From the NCBI GenBank assembly GCA_047967505.1, contig CM106538.1: 64,000 nucleotides of DNA; one strand, 5' to 3'. Source of the stretch: Dipteris shenzhenensis (Eukaryota). Positions 1 to 14,292 of the stretch are shown in pieces (within the stretch, counting starts at the first letter, position 1; every line of letters begins with the position of its first letter). The position numbers and the translations under genes are program-made. The notes beneath the pieces were generated by a model. It saw nothing but the letters and a program-made list of their open reading frames with translations. It ran no database searches and had not been told where the DNA came from.

Positions 1-3000
1 ATTCGTCAAAATGATTTATCGAGTTGTAGGCACTTGGAGTCTCGAGCAACTTTAACTTCTCAACAACTAACAAGTAGTTTTTGGATGGATGATGCCTTTG
101 AAACTTTGCCTCATTTTCTCTTGCTCTTGTGGTCAAATAGGAAGCTGCATATGCCCAGCATGCATGGATTAATAGGAACAGAGGTAGTTTGATATGCATT
201 GCACCAAAGATTTCCATTTAGATTACACTTTTGGTGGTTTTTAAAATTTTTGAGCCTATTGCAAGGTGCCATTCTACTAGTATTAGGATTTTGGATGCCT
301 TGCATGTAGATGGCCTCACAAGTGATTTTTTGTAGATTTGGGTGTCTCATTTATAGGGTTGATTGTCTTCTTGTGCACATGTGGTGAAGCCCTATACTAT
401 TTGCTAGCACCAGGAGATATGATATTCTTAGGCAGGCCTCCATACGCAGCTAGCAGTCCTTTAGAGGAAACAGAAAAAAAGTCCTATAGATGCTTTGATT
501 CCATAGTACCTTGTTGTCAATAAATTATTTTTCTCTACCCTTGGCCCGAGACACAGTAGAGAAAGTTTTTCTCAGATTATTGATTTTGTATCTCATCATC
601 AACAAGTAAAGGGTCCGTCGATATGTCTATTTATGTGGTACTCTACGCATGGATGGAGTAAGTGGCTCCATTCCCATGTGCACAATCTTTAATCTCTCCT
701 AAAATTCATGGAACTGGCCTTCAGTGGAATTATTAGTCATTTCATAATAAGCTAGATCCATATACATAAGGGCTAGGGTCTTTGCTGCAGAGAAACTTGA
801 AATCCTTTACATTTGTGTCTAATAATAAATATTTATCTAATTCCTATCTAATTTTGGTTCCACAAAACCGTCCTCTTCCTTTTGATTTTCTGCTACGATA
901 GTGAGGTGGTAGTTCCCTATTTGAAACATAGTTTGAATATCTATACACATAACATATTCTCTACCACCAATAAAGAATGTGGGGAGGACCAAAATAGGAA
1001 TGAACTATGGATCCTCTAAGTTTGAAGGATCATGGAGACTAGAAACCACTTCGGAGGTTTCTCTTCTCTCTGCTTCAATATCGACCCCTTATTGACCAAA
1101 TCAATTAACACCTTCCATGCTTTGGTGGCATTTGGATTTAGGCAAGTGTGCATGCTAGTATGACCGATGCTATAGCCCTTGTGACAACAATGTTTCAATT
1201 TTGACTCCTGTTAGTGGGAAGGGACCTATTGATGTGCTTAGACTCAAGGATAATGTATTATATCAGTACTCAAAACCTTGGTTGAATCAATTGGTGAGGA
1301 TGAAGTGGTTTTGAGGCTGGGTGCTGCTTTAGAATTATAGCAAGAGACTATGTACTTTGAGGATTACCTTCCCCAGTTGTCTGGGAGCATGTTTTTGTGT
1401 AGTTTTCCACTATAGAGGGAAAGGGAGGGGAAAGGTTCTTGTGTAACTCCCCTGTCCGATTGTGGAACTTCATTAGGCTTTTACCTTGGGGGACAACTCA
1501 TCATACGTGGAACCCAAATGCATAAATTACCATCATAAATGTTTTGGGCCCGTAGTTTACTTGGATTCTATTTGTCTATGTGGGGGTGGTCGATTGGGTA
1601 GAGGTGGTGGTCAATGTTGAGGACATTTGGGCAAACATATGTGCTTTTGCCCTTCGTAATAGCCTTGTCATTTGTTGTCTCGACTTCGTGCCCATGTTAG
1701 GGCCAATGCCACTATTCATTTGTTGTCATGGGGCTCGTATCCGTTTGGTCAATGACCCATGTTTTTACCAAGAAGGTGAGGTTTTTGTGTGACCTTTTTC
1801 GATCTCTTCATCATGTCCACGCTGCCATCTTTTTACCAAGGAGGTGAGGTTCTTGTGTGGATCCCCCCTTTGGTCTCTTTGTTGGTTGGCTCGCCATTCA
1901 TCTTCTTGGAATCTTGTGTGCTAAAAGGATGTGAAAGTGCACAATACTCACCACTATACTACAACAACTCGTCACTTACTTGCATGAGTGGCAACCTTGT
2001 AATGCCTTGGTGAACCACGTGGAGCACTATTGCACCTTGCCATGACCTTGTCCTTGTGTTTGCTCATGAGTTCCTAAACACCATCAAGAGGTAGTCTTGT
2101 GGACGTGGCATGCTGCAAAGGTTCTTATGTTTCCACCCATTGCAAGGTGGGTTCTTGTGGTTCTTCAAGCATGTGTGCCCTTGTCCATGGCAGCTTTAGA
2201 TTGATGAAGGTCTGGCTATGGTCCAAAGTAGGTTCTTGTGATGCCATCCCTTATGAGATGTGGGTTCTTGTGTAATTGCTTGGAAACTCCATGTTGTTTG
2301 TTGTGGGCCTACCACAATTGGTCCCCAAGTGGGTTATTGTGTGGCCACTTGTGGGGGGATTTTAGAGGGATTTTTATGGTAGCAAGTAGCTCGAGAAAAA
2401 ATGAGGAAGGTTCTTGTGGTTCTTCCACATTGAATGAGTATTCAGAGATGGGCCGGGCTGCTTGCTTCATCTTTTGCTCCAAGGGGATCGGTTCTTGTGT
2501 AAGTATCCCTTGGGCCTCTTCATGATGATTGTGGCTGACATTCTTTTTGTACTACGAGATAGGTTCTTGTGTGGCTATCCTTGGAACCTCATCACTAGTA
2601 TTGGTGCATGTCAAATCTTTACTCAAGGGGGCAGGTTCTTATGGGGCTATCCCTTGGGTCTCTTAGGCCAGGAGTATAGATTATTGTGGGGCTATCCTTC
2701 CGATTTGTTTGGGGTGACCTTCATGTGCAGTAGAGTGTTCACTGGGGAAAGAGTCGGTTTACCTGTTTGGACATGTACCTCCTTAAAAGAAGAGGTTGGT
2801 GTTGGTGATGAGCCAATAGCCACCTCTACCAAGGGTATCTTCTTCTTCACGTTGGTGTTCTTTGTGCATAGAGGAACCTTAGTGGTGCCTATGGAAAGCA
2901 CATGGTGGTGGTATCCTCAAGCCAGTTGACTTGGCATGTTGCTGCCACTATCCACGACTGACCTAGAATCACCTATTCCTTGAGGGTACTTGCTGGAGTC

Positions 3001-3146
3001 ACAAAATACTGGCATGTCAAGAGGTGATTAGCAACCAATGTGGGTATTTCAATTGTACCTACCACAGATGTTCTTTGTTCGTTTATCGCTATCATCCTGG
3101 AGGATGTTGGGGTTAAGGGTGCTTGGTGGAAGTGTTTAATGCTCGA

Positions 3147-3384
3147 GGGGATCACTATGTATAAACCCTCTATACCACATGCGTTCAAGGCCTATTTCTA
3201 AAATCCCTTATCTGTAAATTTTTCATTAATAAAATGTACCCCTTTTCTATACAAATCTATAAATTTTTTCCAAAACCATTTTAAATAGTCCCTTATGTAT
3301 ATTTATTTCTGTAAATTTTAGAAATAAAAAATATCCTTCTGTTGAACTCACGTGATAGGGTTACATATGATGAGTGACCCCCCT
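3147..3384. repeat. ~240-bp dispersed AT-rich repeat (MITE-like), copy 1
   Basis: TCACTATGTATAAACCCTCTATA...TTGAACTCAC.TGATAGGG.TACATATGATGAGTGACCC recurs at ~10690-10911; ends are weakly complementary. Confidence 0.7.
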
Positions 3385-3501
3385 GAGGTTTAATGAATGT
3401 CTCAAATGAGAGCAAGTTGTGGCTTGCCACTGTATCGAGCCTAGCACCTTTTTGTTTTTGGCATCAGCTTCATGCTATGCTTGCTACTTTTGGAGCTTAA
3501 G

Positions 3502-4100
3502 CTACTTCTCCTGTTCCTTTTTACGGTGGAGAGCTAGGCTCTCCACGGTGAGCGGTCCATAGTACTGTTTTAATTTGCTACCATTTATGTAGCCCACCAT
3601 ATCGACACCATCAAGTGTCTCAATGCGGACTATCCCTTGAGGGGTAATTTCTGACACTCGGTAGGGTCCTAGGACGTGATATTTTAGCTTCTGATTGGTT
3701 TTGCATATACTGAAGAGAAGGGATAAATCACCTTCATTAAGGTCTTTGAATTTTAGATTGTTGTCAAACCACTGTTTGTGCCGTAGTTTTTCAACCATCA
3801 TACCATGCACTTACCTTAGTCACGTCACCTCATCTAACCTCTCTAGCCTTACTAGGCTCATCTAACCTCTCCAGCTTTACTAGGCATTCGGCGAGAGGCT
3901 TGCCTGGAAGTCTCTCCCAAATTGCAATCTTGAGGCTCGGCACTAGAAATTCCATAGGCATGATTGCCTCTAGGACATAAGTGAGGCTGAATGGGGTGCT
4001 ATTAGTTGCCACTTTGTAGGCCATTCAATATGCCCACAAAGCTGTTGTAAGCTTGTATTTCCAATTGTTCCTACTTTCCTCTACCATTCTCATTAGGATT
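3502..4100 (-). pseudogene. Ty3/Gypsy integrase C-terminal remnant
   Basis: AYKVATNSTPFSLTY..EAIMPMEF and LGPYRVSEITPQGIVRIETLDG (GPY/F-type region) in broken ORFs 3830-4024 and 3502-3810. Confidence 0.8.
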
Positions 4101-6709
4101 TTATAGAGGTGGTGCTCTCAGCTTGGCCGTTAGCCTGGGGGTAGTAGGTTGTCGATTTGTGGTGTACAACAAGGAATTCAGCATCGCCCAAGTGGTCCAC
4201 GGGTCTATTTTTGCGACGGCCATAACTTTCCCGTCTTGCATCAGAACATGGTCGTGTTTGTACTCAAAATTATCAAAATAGCAATGGACCATAATCCTAT
4301 GTGGTTACTTTTTTCCAAAAGTGACGTATGTAAAAGGTAACTTACTTTTGGCAGTTATGTAGAAAATACTACTTTGGTCAATCATATTTATTTATGTATA
4401 AAGTCAATTATTTTTAGCTTTATGAAACTTTATCAACTTCCTTATCATATCCTTATTCAATCACATTTGAACAATCTATGCCATCGTATCATCAAGAAAA
4501 ACATTTAAAATTATCTTCTTATAATCTTTAATTATGAAAAAAGCACCTATGAGATAGTTGGATGATGAATCTCCTACGAAGCCTTTTTTTTTTGCATTGC
4601 CAAACCAGTTCATGAATTGCTTGATGTATACTTATTATAACTATATTTTACAATGACCATAACTCTCATGTTTCACAACAAAACGTAAATGTTAGTACAT
4701 TTGTGCTATGTTTCTAATGTGTTCTTAATATGTACCAACATAGTTATCAATATAGTATATTTTAATCGTTTTATAAAAGGTATACATGATTAATTATGGA
4801 AGTTGGAACCCACTTAAAAAATTTGTCTTGGGTATGATTGTTTGAAAGAATTAAGAAATTACACACTGAGTCATAAATAAAATACAATATCCTTAAATTC
4901 TATAGAGTTCCCATTAAAATGACATGGATCATTATAAGAAATTAGCAATATTCATCATGTCACCTAAGCAATTTTTCTAGAATATTGAAATGCACCTTAG
5001 CATTATTTAGAAAATATGTTTATGTGTTTAACTCATAAGTAACCATATATCTTTCTCACTCACTAACCTAAATCCTTATCACGTATACCCTTGTTTACTT
5101 ATTAAGATTTCAGATGCATGACGATCATTTTAGCATCCTACCTCAAGCATAGATTTTTTTTTTAAATGTCATTTATCCTAAAAGTGTGTGTTGTTTATTA
5201 CTATTTTGTTAACAAATTTCCATTTGTGATTCTACTTTAATCCCTCTTTGTCATGCATCAAGTTAATGGTTTTTAAAATTGTGATTCTATGCTCATTGTG
5301 TTACTCATAAGATCTTATTTCTAAATTTGCCTTCTCAATCTATTGTATTTTAAAGATTAGGAAATTTTAATTCAAACTGCATGGATATAGTATATGTTTG
5401 CACAAAATAAAGGGATACATTTTTGCATACAAATTTTTTTCTTGAGCTAAGAAATAGAGTAGGAGATTGCATGTATAAAACTTGTAAATGTATCCAATTT
5501 ATGATTATACTAACCTAGTCTTGATATTATATGCAATCTTGTTAAAGCCATATTGAAAAAACAATACTCAAATCTAATAAGGCTTATGTGTCATGATAGA
5601 TACTTCTATATTTCATGCTATAGAGTTTCATAAATATTAAATGACTAGCTTATTTTTGCATAAAGGGATTCATGAACATATTGTAAAACTGAACTTTCCA
5701 TGTGTTTTAGTTCGATACTCTAAGTGCCATACATAAAACAATGAACAAATTATGTAGTGCTATGTGGCATACTTTATCTTTTTCATTTTTCATGTTTTAT
5801 TTTCCTTCAAACAAAAACAGTTTAAACATTATCTTGCTTTAGAGATGAAACTTTAGCATAAAGTTAAGAACCATATGAATCATTATGTACCTTTTTGAGT
5901 CTTTTGCAGGTAGTTTTACCTCCTGGTAAAAAGAAAATATTATCAAAGAAAAAATGGATGTGACAAGTCTGAGATTGTATAATCTTTGTGGCTAGCATTT
6001 CATTAGTTGTCATACTTTTTTATTATTCAAGTAGTGGAGACATAGATCATTTTCATTCCATTTATTGACATGAAGGATACATTGAAACGATCCCTCAAAC
6101 CATCATCTTTCATATGGCTTAGTAAGATGATCAATTATTACTCACCCACTCATTTGCTTATAGTTAGCTTGAGAGATTGATTAGGGTCCTTATAACCTAA
6201 GAACTTATCTATGTTACAAATGAGTCAAATGGTGCCATCTCCACAAATGTTTTAAGAAAAGAATCACACCATGATCGATTGCAAGCTTAAAATATGAGAA
6301 ACATTGGTTTGAAAGAACACAATAATGCTATAACGATGTGCGTATCCTTTTGGGATTTCTAGCCAACATAAAATATCTCCTTGTGGAGTAGCTTATAACA
6401 AGAATGAACATTGATGTCTTATGAAACTATGGCATTAGTTTGATGTAATGCATTTACATTCATCATGATTCTAGATATCTATTATAGGCTCATTGTAGTG
6501 CTTTAGAGGCTAAAATAGATTGCTTTTTTAGTATTGTATTATGAAGTTTGCTAATTAGTAACTATGTTTCACAGGTGGATTTTTCCTCTATTTGTGTGGC
6601 TTATTTTTTTATTATAAAGAAATCATATGCTACTAGAAGAAAAGGTGGCAATATGCAACTTTTCATCCTTGTTCCATAAATTTTTATTATGATAAAGCTA
6701 ATGAACTAG

Positions 6710-7050
6710 GTAATGAAATATCAGATGCCATTACCACTAAAAGAATAGCTAGCATATAGCCTCCTTTATAGTCTCAATCAATTCTATGAAACTAATAAAT
6801 TGTCACAACAAACCATGGAGGATTGATAGTGACAATATATAGGAATGACCTTTTTCATATTGGCTCTCCGATGAGTGTATCAATCAATATGAACGAGGTA
6901 AGGAAATATCAAATGCCATTACCATGGAAAGAATAGGTAGCATGTGGCCTCCTCCATAGTCCCATTCAATTCGATGAAACCAACAAATGATCACAAAAAA
7001 CCATGGAGGATTGATAGTGACAATATATAATATCACCTTTTTTATACTGG
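6710..7050. repeat. ~190-bp diverged tandem duplication
   Basis: GAAATATCA.ATGCCATTACCA...AACCATGGAGGATTGATAGTGACAATATAT occurs twice. Confidence 0.8.
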
Positions 7051-7419
7051 CTATGATAAATGTATTACAATTCAGAACCATTCTCTTTGATGAAATGAAG
7101 TCAAATCATGAGTACCAATGCTCGAATATGTACATAATAAAGACGTAATATTTTATTGTGGATTGTCATAGACTGAAGTTAGTGAGAGAAATAATAGGCG
7201 ATTTTAGCCTTCTTGATCCCTTTTCTAAGGTAGGCCTAGCCTTGGAAATCCCTAGTAGTCAAACTATTTCCTTTCGACTCTACTTTTGTTAAGTAAAAGA
7301 CGCCATATTGCTAATAAAGAATGCAAGGACGGTTGTGAAAACAATGAACATTGATGTAGCCTTTGATGTAGTCTCTGATCAAATGAACAATACTGTGAGG
7401 ATAAGGAAGTAGTACATTG

Positions 7420-7690
7420 AAAGCTCCCACATAGAATTGCCACCTACTTCCTAGTTGCTTAGCAATGCACACATTGAAATACAATATAAGGTTTTCCATG
7501 TAGTCTCTTGAATGAAACGGGGTGTAATACATCTTTTAAGTCCCACATATAACTAGTCACCTACTTGCTAGCTACTTACCAATGCACATAGTGAAATATA
7601 ATTTAGGTTTTTCAAATTTTTGGGTGGGTTCAAAGGAATTCCCACACAGAATTGCTCACATACATGCTAGTTGCTTAGCATTGAAATAAA
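7420..7690. repeat. three diverged ~100-115-bp tandem units
   Basis: TCCCACA.A.AA...TAC.T.CTAG.T.CTTA.CA at ~7424, ~7541 and ~7640. Confidence 0.65.
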
Positions 7691-8949
7691 AGTCAATACT
7701 TAACGTAACCATTCGTCTAGAATGCTCATGAGAATCAACTCATTTAATGTCTACTCCTTAAGCAATCTAGCCTCATGATCACTCTACTCAGGTAAGATGG
7801 TTTGAAAACATCTGCATGCAAGCATGGCTTTGTCATCTACCGTATTATAGGGTTTTGCAGCTTTAGATACAGCACGGAAATTTCATCGCACCGTCCTGTT
7901 GATCTTGTAATCTACAGTCTCCGGAAGGCAACCTTCATAATTACATGACAAGTAGTCAAGCGAATCGTATGAGTGCTTCCTTTACGTCACGCCGGTAATC
8001 ACTGCTGCCCACATGTTTGTTGCTGCTTTTGAAACACCGAGTTTTGTTGGATGACTCGAGCAGCAGCGAAGCTTCCTTCCTGGAGCTCATGTGAGCTGCA
8101 CTGCATAAAAGGCGGATCGGTCTCGCTTTCCCGGATTGTGAAAAAAGTGGACAGGATCTTACTGATTGCTCTGTGAAGGTGGTGGAGCATCTGTAATTAT
8201 AACGGTAGTACTCTGGGCGAGCGGCCGTAGAAAGCGAGGCACATGGACGGCAGCTTTTTCTGAGGCTATGGAGGGACAGATTGTGTCTCTCTGTGAGTGC
8301 ACACGCACATCTGCAAACGTAGAACAAAAGAGCTCCGGTTCTTTAATCTCTGGGCAAAGTTGCATAATGCACGTATCTGTCATTTGCTGTAGGTGAGCTC
8401 ATGCGGGTTCCGGAGTGACATCGCACTGTGTCAATCCGCATTAAGCTTAGCCACAAGGTGAGCAGCGATAGAGCTTTATTGGCTCCTACGATTCGGAATT
8501 CCTCCTATAAAAGCCACTGCTGACAGCTTGAATCAGGCCATGAGAGCCTTTCGTTGGAACTCCTGCTGCTGCATACGCTTGTCCGGGATTCATGGTTTGA
8601 ACCGGGCAGAAGCAAGGTGTGATGTTGGCTCGGTTCAATCAGATCACAACGTTGGGTGTGAAGGTTCTGATCAGGTCGAGCCGAACCAATATCACACTGC
8701 GTGTATCCTAGTGAGCTGGGTTCTGACTGTAGGATGGAAATATTTCTTGCCAGAACGAAATCATGCTGGACTGACATAAACTGAAGGTCGTTGTTGAACC
8801 TTGACTACAGCAGAGACAAATTCCTCCAATCTTGAGGCTTCCACTTGAAAGCATATGGGAACTACTCTGAAGCAGGTAATACTCAAGAAGTTCACTCGTT
8901 GAGACATTGACTTCCTCTTGTGTTGAGAGTTGTAATTGGGTAATGGACC

Positions 8950-9205
8950 TGTGTGTGTGTGTGTGTTGGCTCAACAATCACGACTTCGAAACTTCATGAC
9001 ATCCTTTGCAAGTTGTAAGTATCATCATCAATGTATATTGCAATCTATGTATTTCATTGGTTGCAACATGGAGGGATGTGTGTGTGTGAGCTCAACAATC
9101 ACCACTTGGAAAATCATGACATTTGTTGTAAGTATTATCATCAATCTATATTGCTATCTATGTATTTCATTGGTTGCAACATGGAGGGATGTGTGTGTAT
9201 GTGTG
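8950..9205. repeat. ~120-bp tandem duplication bounded by (GT)n tracts
   Basis: ATCTATGTATTTCATTGGTTGCAACATGGAGGGATGTGTGTGT occurs twice. Confidence 0.8.
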
Positions 9206-10689
9206 TTTCTGCGCGCGTTCTTGCGCACATGTGAGCACACACTTGCATGCCGAGCAATTATTACTTTAGCATCTCTTGAATCTTTGGTTGCAAGCATTGA
9301 ATGGCCTTGCTATATGAAGCCCTTAGAGATCCTCTTCATGCACTTGTGAGCCTATAACCTATGCAAAGGGGTTGAACCATGGAAACTAGCTTGAACCGTA
9401 TAGATCGCATGCATGTGCACATTAATACATATGAAAAGATACATACAATTAATTGCTTAAGTCTTAACTGCATTGTATCTTCCAACTGAATCACCTTTTT
9501 TAACATTTTGAAGGCTACTTTTATCACACTTCAACATTTATGATTATAGTACAAAGATATTAGTTTAGAATGCAACCACTCTAGACATGTGCCTTTTGGA
9601 GAGTTTCCTTTATGATTTACAACTCATGATGAAATAACACGTTTAGGATAAAATCTTTAGTATGCACACTCCTCACTCTATACCCCAGGAGAGGTTAATA
9701 TTGCCTCCTCACTCATACCTATGCACACTCCTCACTCTATACTTCATGAAGGTGTATCTTAGTCTCCTCATAGGGTATTGTTATCTAGATCTCCATCTTG
9801 GAGGACTATCAAAACACTTTCAAGGACAAGCAAGCCACCATAATTGTAATAAAGTTGATAGTGTGCTCTATGGGATCATAATATCATCAATTTCTAGACT
9901 TTTTAAGAAAGGAAAACAAATAAACCAAAACATATGTGAGACCCAATTCTTGTTGATCATCTACGCTTAGAAAGCAAAGGAATCAAAACAAATAATGAAA
10001 CCAACTTTCTATTGATCACCTAAGCTTTTACTTATCAATTTCTAAGATCATGCAATAAGATCAAAACAATATAGTTGAAGATGTAGGTTTTCATGGAGGT
10101 TGTTATGAGTGATGCAAAACTCCTCCTTGGTACATTGTCATGTGGCACCATTTTCACTTTCGAAAAGCCATGAATAAATAAGAAAATAATGCAAAACCAT
10201 GCCACTATAAATTTTTAGAGTTTTAGAAAGAAAAACTTAGAAATCAATTTGAACAATGAAGCCCACTTTTTGTTGATCATTTGTAACATTCAAGAGCTCA
10301 TTGACCATAATAATACATTTTCAAAGTTCTCCACACTTGGTCCACCTCAATCAACTAGGCATTGTGCTACTTTTTCCCCCTTCCTTGGCACCACTTCCCT
10401 TGCATTTACCATGGGAATGAAAACAAACATATTGATAGTTCATAACAAATCAACATTCTCACAATCCATATTGAATGTTTTCTTGGATATGGCACCTATA
10501 ATGAGGACTTCACTATCTCACATATCAAAATGGTTCTCAAAATCATGTAATAAGATATATGGCATGCCAATAGCAATGAACAACATACTCAAAAATTTTA
10601 GACTTCAGTAAAGTCCAATTTCAAAACTGGACTAAAGAAAACTCTATAAATGTTGAATATCATACTCCCATATTTCTTTCTCAAGAAGG

Positions 10690-10911
10690 TTCACTATGTA
10701 TAAACCCTCTATATTACATGCGTTCAAGGACTACTTGTAAAATTCCTTCTCTATAAAGTTTCCACTAATAAAACATACCCTTTTTCTATACAAATCCTTT
10801 TTCCAAAATCAATTTAGATACTCCCTTATGTAAATTAATTTTTGCAAATTTTGGAAATAAGAAATGTCCTATTGAACTCACCTGATAGGGCTACATATGA
10901 TGAGTGACCCT
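10690..10911. repeat. dispersed repeat (MITE-like), copy 2
   Basis: Aligns with 3147-3384. Confidence 0.7.
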
Positions 10912-11293
10912 ACCAATATTTTTTCCCTTTGTCTTTCATAACAAGTCTTGCTTGAAAGGGTTTAATCATGCTACGATGTATGTACTATATGCAAGGATGT
11001 AGTATGATGCTAATACTATGCTTCAATGCATGCACACTATGCTAATAGTATGCTTCAATTTGAAGCTGAGCTAATGCATGCACAGATTGTTATCAACACA
11101 CACATCATCTTTTCAAATGTCTTCAAATCCAAAGCTTTTCGTTTTAAGGGTAAACTTGATATGATTCAAGTAGTTCTAGCTTTCATTTTGGGTAGAGAGC
11201 ACACATTGGTTCAAGATTTTACTTTTGCTAGACAAGAACAAGCTCCGGCCAAAGAGTGCACATCCATCTGAGAGATTTAAAACAAAAGATGTG

Positions 11294-11297
<4 letters not shown>

Positions 11298-11335
<38 letters not shown>
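11298..11335. repeat. (CT)n microsatellite
   Basis: Direct reading. Confidence 0.95.
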
Positions 11336-11338
<3 letters not shown>

Positions 11339-12169
11339 CTTCTTCTTTTCTAGATTTTGCCTTGTTCTATTTGTCTTCTATGATTGACTGAATTGTTTGT
11401 TTGTAAACATAAGCTAGCACGTCACAATTGAAGAAAATCATGAGATTGTCTTACTAGAAAATCCTGTGATCACCTCTCTAATTAACAAAAAGAAAAAAGC
11501 CTAAGATCCTCTCTCCCACAAGGAAATATGTAACAAAGGAAAAGGGGAACCTTGGCAAGGCTCTTCAAACCCTTTCAATTCCAATAGGGGTCAGGCCCCC
11601 GACTGGAAATTTTTCCTTAAAGCTAGGCCACACTTATGCTACATGGCATGAAGCAGTGGATGCAAGATACATGGGGCACCCAAGATAAGGCTAGCCATTG
11701 TGGCTAGCACATTGATAGACTCAAGAAATGATTATATGATAACTTTATTTTCATGTACAAAGACAATTTTAGGAATTTTGAGACTATTGCGATGTTTCCT
11801 ACAAAATAAATGTGTTGCTTGTTAGGGAATATGAGGGTAATATCATGTTTCTTCATGTTGCTTAGTTTCATTTTTTGGACTTTTGGAGTACTTTTTCCTT
11901 TCTTTCAAAGTATAGTTGCACCTATAATTTCCTTTCGCATTTTGTATCAATTGAATTGCTTCCTTTTCATAATCCAATTCACTTCTAAATTCATTAGTGG
12001 CTGATTGATTCTATCTTTTCATTTCCAATTTATGATTCATGGTAAGTATTCACAATTATTCAACATAGTAATATGTATTTTTATGACACAAATTAAAAAA
12101 CTATTTTATTTGCAGATATAATGTTATGGTGGTTCTTAGAAACTATAAATGTGGCACTGCTCCCTGCTC

Positions 12170-12500
12170 CCCTTACCCTTGCTACCTGCCACATCCACTT
12201 CTAGCCCGTTGTCTCTGCCGCCTCTGCCCCGCTGCCTCCACGGCTGGCCTGAACCTCAGGCCATCACCTCCACCCTGCTGTCGCCTCTGCCCTACCTACT
12301 GGCTCCAGCCTGTCACCTGCTATCAGCTTTGCCTCGTGACTCCTTCCTACTGTCGCCTCTGCTCCACCTACTCCAGCCCGTCACCTCCTGCCTGCTGTCG
12401 CCTCTGCCTGCTCTAGCTCGTCAGCTCCAAGGACAGCATTAGCACGGCCTTCTAGCCTACCGCCTGTCTGTTGCCTTTCCTGTGCACCTAGCCTGCCTCC
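12170..12500 (+). repeat. C-rich degenerate minisatellite (CTGTCGCCTCTGC units)
   Basis: CTGTCGCCTCTGC at ~12279, ~12350 and ~12396, with related variants. Confidence 0.65.
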
Positions 12501-13379
12501 ACGGCCTCCTCCCTGCTCTCGCACCCCCTGATGTCTGCCTTCTTGGGTAGGGATTCTTCCAGGTGGTTTTTAGGAGTCCGGAGGTGGCGAGCTCTGTGCT
12601 CCAAGCTAGCCCCTTGCCTTTGGGGTCTAGGATGATTTTTTTGCTACCCTTCTCCTTGTTTTGACCTGGTGCTTGAGGACATCAGGGTAACATCTCTCTT
12701 CATCAGATTTCCTAGTCTTCCACAGGTGTACCTTCGGCTTCTGGCCCGATAGGTGCCTCTTTTGGGGTTGTCACAGAGATCCCACCCATCACCGGCTTAC
12801 CTTCTTTTGCTACAGAGGCAGTTACTTTGGATGGGGTTCCCAGGGTCAGGGTCCTTGTTTTTGACCCAGATATTTCAGATGATCATATCATGCTTCAGAG
12901 GCCTGATGGCTCCTTTTTTAGGTAGAGAATTGAGATCTCTAGGCGTCAGGACTAGTGCACGATTTGCAGATGCTTTGGACACTTTGCCAGAGATTGTCCA
13001 AAGAAGAAGAAGAGGCCCAAAGGCTCGGGCCAAGCACCTGCACCTGCTGCTAGGCTAGGTGCACCTCTTGCTGGCAGGGTTACACACAGATGGGTTCCCA
13101 TCAGGGTGGTTCCTCCACTTCAGGCTCATCAGAAGGGGCCACTTCTTTCTACTTTCACTTGTCCTATAGGACTCGGAGACCTTGGAGCCATGGATGCCTT
13201 GGCTCAGGCCATTCACCCTGTGTCTACGTGGAGTGCTTGCAATTGTCCTCGAAAGTCACAGAAATCCACAAAAAACATTGTGAGCTTTCTTGAAGGTTCA
13301 TACTCATTGTTGTTGCCGAACACCCAAAACACGTGAAATTCTGTCACTTTCGATGGCAAAACATGTGAAAGAAGATAAT

Positions 13380-13925
13380 AATTGATGCAAAGGTGCATGC
13401 AAATCTTGTCAACAAGTCTCACTGCAAGAGTCCATGCATAACTTGCCTGTGTCCTTGTGTCCATCCCCATTAAAGGTAGCTACTCGCTTGGTAAGAACTC
13501 ACTTTTCTACTCCACTTCCTGTTACCCTATGCGCCTCTTGTCGCTATCTCCATCCCCCTCTTTCCTACACCCTCCCCACCTGATTTCACCATGTCCACCT
13601 CTTGTCACCTTGTCCCCCCTATCCACCTCCTCTCCACATCCTTTAAGTCCCTCCACTCCCAATACTACGATCACTATGAAGGTCATGGTAGCCACATCCA
13701 CATCTGTGACTACCCTAGGGCTGTATTGATGCCGATGCACTTGAGGGAGACCTCAACCTATATCCCAACGAGGTGGCAAAGTCAGAGAGGCAGATCCTGG
13801 AGGACTCTATCGAGGATATGCACATATGGATCGAGGCTTGTGGGCTGAAGCCCCTACGCATGCCACCTTCCCTCCAACAATAGGAGGAGAAGGTGAAGAA
13901 AAGGGCGGATAAGAAGGTAGCAAAG
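13380..13925 (+). repeat. left part of an unclassified small-ORF repeat, interrupted by the hAT insertion (continues 25897-26065)
   Basis: Shares GTGTCCATCCCCATTAAAGGT and the peptides SLHSQYYDH..MPMH..RQILE..CGLKP with 27570-28375; similarity resumes right after the hAT. Confidence 0.8.
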
Positions 13926-14292
13926 CAAGGATATTTTTATCGAAGGTATAGAAATATAGTATTATAATATACTGGCAAAATTTTTCATAAATTACTTTTA
14001 AAAGTTTCAAAGAATTGGCGAATTATATCTTTTGTTATAATTTTTGTTTCAAAACTTGGCTAAATATTCTAGGGCATTTAAAAAACTTTCAATTTTCACA
14101 AATATACTAAAAACTAGTTATATTGAAAACTCTGTCTTTTCCGTTTTACATAATTTCAAAATACATGAAATAGCTAGCATTTAGGATATTGTAGAGTATG
14201 CAAAACATAAAATTGTTTAAGGATAATGAATATCCTTCAAATCCAATGGGGGAAGAAAATTCTCAAAGTCTAGTTTAAATAGTCCAAAAAAG

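Noticed and set aside
1-1500. Possible Gypsy gag/protease remnant
   Set aside because: No motif clear enough to support a call by eye.
1770-2710. CRISPR-like repeat-spacer array
   Set aside because: The motif is only ~10-13 bp, degenerate and irregularly spaced.
12126-12442. Cys/Pro-rich ORFs as secreted peptides
   Set aside because: They arise from a C-rich minisatellite and have no signal peptide or domain.
12625-12645. TAGGATGATTTTTTTGC resembling the hAT TIR as an alternative left end
   Set aside because: No matching 8-bp TSD, whereas 13926 has a perfect TSD and restores the split repeat.
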